DNA of 32,000 nucleotides from Candidatus Saccharimonadota bacterium (GTDB lineage Bacteria; Bacteroidota; Bacteroidia; Cytophagales; Amoebophilaceae): NCBI RefSeq assembly GCF_003351905.1, contig NZ_CP022339.1, positions 690,001 to 722,000 of the forward strand, read 5' to 3'. Shown piece by piece: positions 27,997 to 32,000 of this stretch (position 1 is its first letter; each line of letters starts with the position of its first letter). The notes under the pieces were generated by a model. It saw only the letters and a program-made list of their open reading frames with translations, ran no database searches and was not told where the DNA came from. The position numbers and the translations under genes were made by a program.

Positions 27997-28374
27997 TTAT
28001 TTCTTTTTAGGTTTTTTGGCTCCATATACGGACCTGCCTTGACACCTTCCACTTACACCTGAAGTATCCAATACACCACGAATAATAGAGTAGGTTACAC
28101 CCGATAAGTCTTTTACACCACCTCCTCTAATCAGGACAATAGAGTGCTCTTGTAGGTTGTGGCCTTCTCCAGGAATGTAGGTGTTTATTTCCTTTCCAGT
28201 TGTTAGGCGTACCCTAGCTACTTTTTTCATAGATGAGTTTGGCTTTCTTGGCTTCATGGTATAGACCTTGATGCATACGCCCCGCCGCTGTGGACAGGAT
28301 GAAAGCGCTGGAGATTTGGACGAAGAAGTAGTTTTTTTTCTTCCTTTTTTTACGAGTTGTTGTATGGTTAACAT
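27997..28374 (-). CDS. rpsL: 30S ribosomal protein S12 (unusually divergent at decoding-centre loops)
   Basis: 125 aa: [14 protein letters not shown]...CPQRRGVC...KPRKPNSS...[10 protein letters not shown]...VKDLSGV. The S12 scaffold is clear. See the finding for the atypical residues. Confidence 0.95.
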   Translation of the reverse strand: MLTIQQLVKKGRKKTTSSSKSPALSSCPQRRGVCIKVYTMKPRKPNSSMKKVARVRLTTGKEINTYIPGEGHNLQEHSIVLIRGGGVKDLSGVTYSIIRGVLDTSGVSGRCQGRSVYGAKKPKKK

Positions 28375-28406
28375 GTACTAATTTTTATTTTAAACCTAGA
28401 GGTGTG

Positions 28407-28437
28407 CAAATTTAAAAAATTATCTCCCTTGATCAAA
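28407..28437 (-). promoter_or_regulatory. Bacteroidota-type sigma-A promoter candidate for rpsL (TTTG-N19-TAAATTTG)
   Basis: On the minus strand, TTTG (28437-28434), a 19-nt spacer and TAAATTTG (28414-28407) match the Bacteroides -33 TTTG / -7 TAnnTTTG consensus with canonical spacing. The -7 box ends 32 nt upstream of the rpsL ATG. Confidence 0.45.
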
Positions 28438-28443
28438 ACCTTT

Positions 28444-28470
28444 CCATGGCATTAGCTGCCTATGCCATGG
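28444..28470. repeat. 9-bp perfect inverted repeat (ccatggcat N9 atgccatgg) in the rpsL/rhomboid divergent region
   Basis: The arms lie at 28444-28452 and 28462-28470 with a 9-nt spacer, just upstream of the rpsL promoter candidate. Confidence 0.7.
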
Positions 28471-28752
28471 TTATCTCATAAATATAACGATTAATATCGA
28501 TTATTTCTAATCCTTATATATTTAAATCCTATATACTTTCTGCAATAGTATACTTTGCTTCAAGTGGGCTCTGCCTCTGCTATATTGCCGTTTATAATTT
28601 TTATTATAAAATCACTTTTTATAAATTAGGTAGTCTTAGGCGTTAGGCCCCGGATGGGGTGATGGTTGCTAAAGATCAACCGCTCATGAACTAGGTTTTG
28701 TGCATCTATAGGCGCTGCTTGGGTAACTTTTAAAATTAATTTTTTTATAGTG

Positions 28753-29475
28753 ATGCATGTCGTTTATGCGTATCTTCGCAATCAATTTAAGCAGTCGGAG
28801 AATGGCTTTATGCAACTAATATGCCTACATGTTTTATGCTTTCTATTGCTTTTTTTGTTTAATACTGGATGTTATATTTGTGGTTATGAGGAACGTATTC
28901 CATGGTTTTATACGCAGTTGACTTTCCCTTCCCTTTATCCACTCTTATTAGAGCGGCCGTGGGCCATTATTACCTACTCTTTTGTACACAAAGGGCTTGT
29001 AGATTTGTTCTGGGATATCTGCTTGTTGTATATCTTTGGTCAAAGAATACGGGCTACTGCACGGTCAAAACATATATTGCGGCTTTATGGTTTGGGACAA
29101 ATAGTGGGTGCCATTGTGTTTTTTATATTATACCAATTTTCACCCCCTTGTCAGGGCATTGTTGCCCATCTTACGGGACCTTCGGCGGCCATTTATGCGA
29201 TCATGGTGGCAGTTTGTGTGTTGATGCCTAGCTTGAGGTTATATTGTTTCTTTTTCTCTTTGCCATTAAGGTATATTGCCATTGTTTTATTGATCATAGC
29301 TCTGATGCATTTACCTACACAAGATGCGGGCTGTTACTTGGCCCAATTGGGAGGTGGATTAGCTGGGTATATCTATGCAAGGTTGTGTAAAAATGATCTG
29401 GATTTGACCCCTTCTTTTTTTAGTTTACATCGAGGCAGTAAACCTAAGATGTCGGTTCGTGTTACCAAGCAATAG
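28753..29475 (+). CDS. Rhomboid-family membrane protein, probably catalytically inactive
   Basis: It has rhomboid topology and blocks: PWAIITYSFVHKGLVDLFWDICLLYIFG (TM2), GPSAAIYAIM (TM4 Ser motif) and AQLGGGLAGYIY (TM6). I placed the start at ATG 28753; the ORF track uses GTG 28750. Confidence 0.7.
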   Translation: MHVVYAYLRNQFKQSENGFMQLICLHVLCFLLLFLFNTGCYICGYEERIPWFYTQLTFPSLYPLLLERPWAIITYSFVHKGLVDLFWDICLLYIFGQRIRATARSKHILRLYGLGQIVGAIVFFILYQFSPPCQGIVAHLTGPSAAIYAIMVAVCVLMPSLRLYCFFFSLPLRYIAIVLLIIALMHLPTQDAGCYLAQLGGGLAGYIYARLCKNDLDLTPSFFSLHRGSKPKMSVRVTKQ

Positions 29476-29564
29476 GGGGGAAATAGGCGTAAACAACTAT
29501 TTTTAGCCTGTTTTGTTGGATCAAGGGAATGTGCAGTTGACCAAAGAAAATTAATTTTTACACC

Positions 29565-29939
29565 ATGTATAATCGGATGTTTGTTAGAATGATAAAAATT
29601 TTATGTAAGCTATTGGGTATAGCTTGTATAGTAGAGCTTGTAAGAGAAAAGTTAGGGGGGCTGGTCCATACATTGCAGTATAGTCTTAAAGAAAAAGCCA
29701 AGCAAGTAGTTCAAGTGTTTGTGTTGGCTGCTTTAACTTTTATACTATTTGGCTTGGGGTTGCGTTTCTTATTACTTGGTTTGGCTTACTGGTTAAATGC
29801 ACTGCTTTCTAGTGCTTATCTCGGCTTTTTTCTGGTTTCAATTTTTTGCTTTTTAATGGTTATGCTTGTAGTATTTATGTTGCGCAGCAAAATGAACAAT
29901 CAGCCATTAACGCAGGAAAAGATTTCGGATGGCCCGTAG
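29565..29939 (+). CDS. Small membrane protein, hypothetical (two to three TM helices)
   Basis: 124-aa ORF. An amphipathic N-terminus is followed by the hydrophobic stretches VFVLAALTFILFGLGLRFLLLGLAYWL and LGFFLVSIFCFLMVMLVVFML. I cannot assign a family with confidence. Confidence 0.45.
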   Translation: MYNRMFVRMIKILCKLLGIACIVELVREKLGGLVHTLQYSLKEKAKQVVQVFVLAALTFILFGLGLRFLLLGLAYWLNALLSSAYLGFFLVSIFCFLMVMLVVFMLRSKMNNQPLTQEKISDGP

Positions 29940-30012
29940 ATGGGCTACTGTAGTTTATTTTTTTTGCTGATCTAGTATTAGATTGCATCTATCTATTACA
30001 ACCGATTACACG

Positions 30013-31524
30013 ATGGTGTCGTTTTCTTTCTCTTTCTTATTGGTATTTGCCTTTTTATTATTGACCCTAGTGGTAGGTCTAATGGGCAGAAAAGCAACCA
30101 CATTTCGAGAATATGCTGTGGATAATAAACGATTGTCTACGGTTAAATTATTGGCTACGCTGCTAGGTACTTCTTTTTGTGGATTAACGTTTGTATATCC
30201 TGTACAAACCTGTTATAGCCTTGGCATTCGTAAAATGCTTCCTTCCATTATTGATGCGACTTCTTTGTGGATCACTAGTATGTTTTGGGTGCGTATGGCG
30301 CCATTCATGGCACATCGTTCTATTGCTGAGACGATAGGTAGCATATATGGTACCTATCCAAGAATTATTGTTGCGTTACTCTCTATTTGCAATGCTATTT
30401 TTAAGGTTACGTTTCAAATTAATGTAATATCTTCTATTGTGAGCACCTCTATGGATGCAATACATCCTGATATCATAGCTGTGTTGGCCGCTTTGGTGCT
30501 GATTGCCTATGCTACTTTGGGAGGTATTCGTGCGATTACCAATACCGATGTGCTCCAATTTATCACTTTTGTGGCTATTGTTTTTTTGCTTGCTAAACTT
30601 ATGTTTGTAAAAACAGGTAAATCTGTTTTAGAAATGGTATCTTTTTTACAAAAACAAGAAAATTTTAAACTCAGTAGTCTCTGCCAATCAAATGGGCAGT
30701 TATTGAATTTGTTGCTATCCATTCCATACTGTTTTTTGGCGTTGAGTGGTCCCTCAGTTATACAGAGGGTCTATATGTGTGCTAGTCCCATTCAAGTCAG
30801 AAAAGTTTTTTTGTATGGCAGTTTTTTTTATGTCCTCATAGGGTTATCCATCTCTCTTATTGGCCTGTTTGTTTTTGTAGGCAACCCAACGTTAACGGTA
30901 AAAGAAATTTGGCCTTATATCATAACGGGTATGCCCCCTTTTTTAAAAGTATCTATTGTCGTTTGTGTATTAGGCATGGCTATGTCTACAGCTGATTCTG
31001 AGTTACATCTTTGTTCTATTCTTGTTGTTCATGATTTGAGAGAAAGTATTCGAGGCATAAAGTCCGTATCTGATGTCCATCAGATACGGATGGCTAAATG
31101 GGCTTTATTAATTTGTGGTCTATTGGCTATGATGGCAGCTATTGATTACAATGCCCTATTTATAGATGATCTATTCAAGACTTTGTCTAAAATGGCCTTT
31201 TATACCACTACATTTTTTGGGTGTATGGTGCCTCCTCTTTTTATCTTATCTGTTTTTGGTTTTAGGAGTAGTTCCCCTACGGCGTTGATTGGAATGGCTG
31301 CAGGTCTATTGGCTAGTTTGGTTTGTATACAGTTGGGATATAAGGTAGGATTTATTCCTTATATAGTTGGGGCAGTAGCCAATATCTTGGGTATGATGGC
31401 TATACACTATCTGCTGCCACAACCAGCTGGCATGGGGTGGGTTGGACTAGATCCGCAACAAAAACGGTTGCAGCAACTTGCTGACGTGTTTCGGAAATTT
31501 AAAAAAAGGATTGACATAGAATAA
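30013..31524 (+). CDS. Sodium:solute symporter family (SSF) transporter, intact paralogue of the 3236..4762 pseudogene
   Basis: The SSF motif is LGGIRAITNTDVLQF and there are many TM helices. It aligns co-linearly with the pseudogene along its whole length. I placed the start at ATG 30013 (MVSFSFSFLL..., 503 aa); the ORF track uses TTG 29983. Confidence 0.8.
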   Translation: MVSFSFSFLLVFAFLLLTLVVGLMGRKATTFREYAVDNKRLSTVKLLATLLGTSFCGLTFVYPVQTCYSLGIRKMLPSIIDATSLWITSMFWVRMAPFMAHRSIAETIGSIYGTYPRIIVALLSICNAIFKVTFQINVISSIVSTSMDAIHPDIIAVLAALVLIAYATLGGIRAITNTDVLQFITFVAIVFLLAKLMFVKTGKSVLEMVSFLQKQENFKLSSLCQSNGQLLNLLLSIPYCFLALSGPSVIQRVYMCASPIQVRKVFLYGSFFYVLIGLSISLIGLFVFVGNPTLTVKEIWPYIITGMPPFLKVSIVVCVLGMAMSTADSELHLCSILVVHDLRESIRGIKSVSDVHQIRMAKWALLICGLLAMMAAIDYNALFIDDLFKTLSKMAFYTTTFFGCMVPPLFILSVFGFRSSSPTALIGMAAGLLASLVCIQLGYKVGFIPYIVGAVANILGMMAIHYLLPQPAGMGWVGLDPQQKRLQQLADVFRKFKKRIDIE

Positions 31525-31544
31525 GAGCGTGACATCACGCTCTT
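31523..31544 (+). terminator. Hairpin overlapping the SSF stop codon (terminator candidate)
   Basis: A 9-bp perfect stem pairs aagagcgtg with cacgctctt around the 4-nt loop acat. It starts inside the TAA stop. The downstream tract is only moderately T-rich (atctcgttctcg). Confidence 0.5.
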
Positions 31545-31834
31545 ATCTCGTTCTCGTATCAAGTCTGTGATACCTAGAGGTGGTTACACTACTGGTATGT
31601 ATTCAGCGCGATGGGTTTTTTGTCCGCTTCTTTATCAAGAAAAAAATGGGATAAAATGCATTATGAACCAATGGTGAGAATAGATACTTTTGTTTGACAA
31701 TCAATAAAATATATTTCTTAAGCTGACACCATTGCGTGAACGGATACAAAAAATTTGCTTATTAACAGTACGTGAATAGACACCGCTGTTGTCCGATGAA
31801 GTTTAAACCTAATAAGTGGCTATTTGCGCATTAT

Positions 31835-32000
31835 TTAATGCTTCATACACATCTTAACTATCAATTCTTTAAATTGATTCCCTCTATCTTCAAAATTTTT
31901 AAATAGATCAAAGCTTGCACATGCAGGAGATAAGAGGATCACTTCCCTCGGAAGTGCTATAGATAACGCCTTATCTATGGCTGAAGATAGATTATGGGTC
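31835..32000 (-). CDS. murD: UDP-N-acetylmuramoylalanine--D-glutamate ligase, 3' end only (gene continues beyond the right edge)
   Basis: The minus-strand translation from 31999 is [54 protein letters not shown] (stop at 31835-31837). [19 protein letters not shown] is the conserved MurD C-terminus. The ORF is absent from the supplied track because it is truncated. Confidence 0.75.
   Translation of the reverse strand, partial: THNLSSAIDKALSIALPREVILLSPACASFDLFKNFEDRGNQFKELIVKMCMKH

Noticed and set aside
1-32000. A search by eye for tRNA T-loop motifs (GGTTCGAATCC-like), rRNA, tmRNA or RNase P conserved boxes, CRISPR-style regularly spaced repeats, transposase ORFs or long terminal inverted repeats.
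   Set aside because: None was found in any intergenic region. Every ORF over 100 aa has a non-mobile assignment or is a shadow frame. tRNAscan, Infernal and ISfinder runs would be the decisive check.

Overview
AT-rich bacterial chromosome segment. Gene content and order point to Bacteroidota: miaB, a sigma-54 activator, lptE, a TPR-like ORF and secG in a row; rpsL-rpsG-fusA-rpsJ without tuf; divergent asnS/rpoN; and a TTTG-N19-TAnnTTTG promoter upstream of rpsL. By inference only, the long spacers, a fresh pseudogene, degenerate enzymes and broken conserved operons suggest a host-associated, Amoebophilaceae-like lineage (Cardinium/Amoebophilus type). Most of the window is housekeeping: a GT39 glycosyltransferase, an FAD oxidoreductase, asnS, rpoN, secG, lptE, a sigma-54 enhancer-binding protein, miaB, acs, rmuC, the str/S10 ribosomal genes, and a murD 3' end. 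The standout feature is a four-gene minus-strand module at 7069..12306: a VgrG-like spike, a PAAR tip, a gp25-like wedge and a large gp6/gpJ-like wedge protein. This is the spike-plus-baseplate core of a phage-tail-like contractile injection system (Afp / T6SS-iv class). No sheath, tube, tape-measure, cap or ATPase gene lies anywhere in the 32 kb, so it is an orphan or split sub-assembly locus. Secondary observations: a sodium:solute symporter inactivated by one in-frame TAA, with an intact paralogue 25 kb away; a membrane protein with a catalytically degenerate SpoT-type HD domain; a rhomboid homologue lacking the catalytic His; an S12 with substitutions at classic streptomycin-resistance positions; and synteny breaks after rpsJ and murD, with an 80-nt perfect-armed hairpin at the first break. 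I found no rRNA, tRNA, CRISPR array or IS element by eye.
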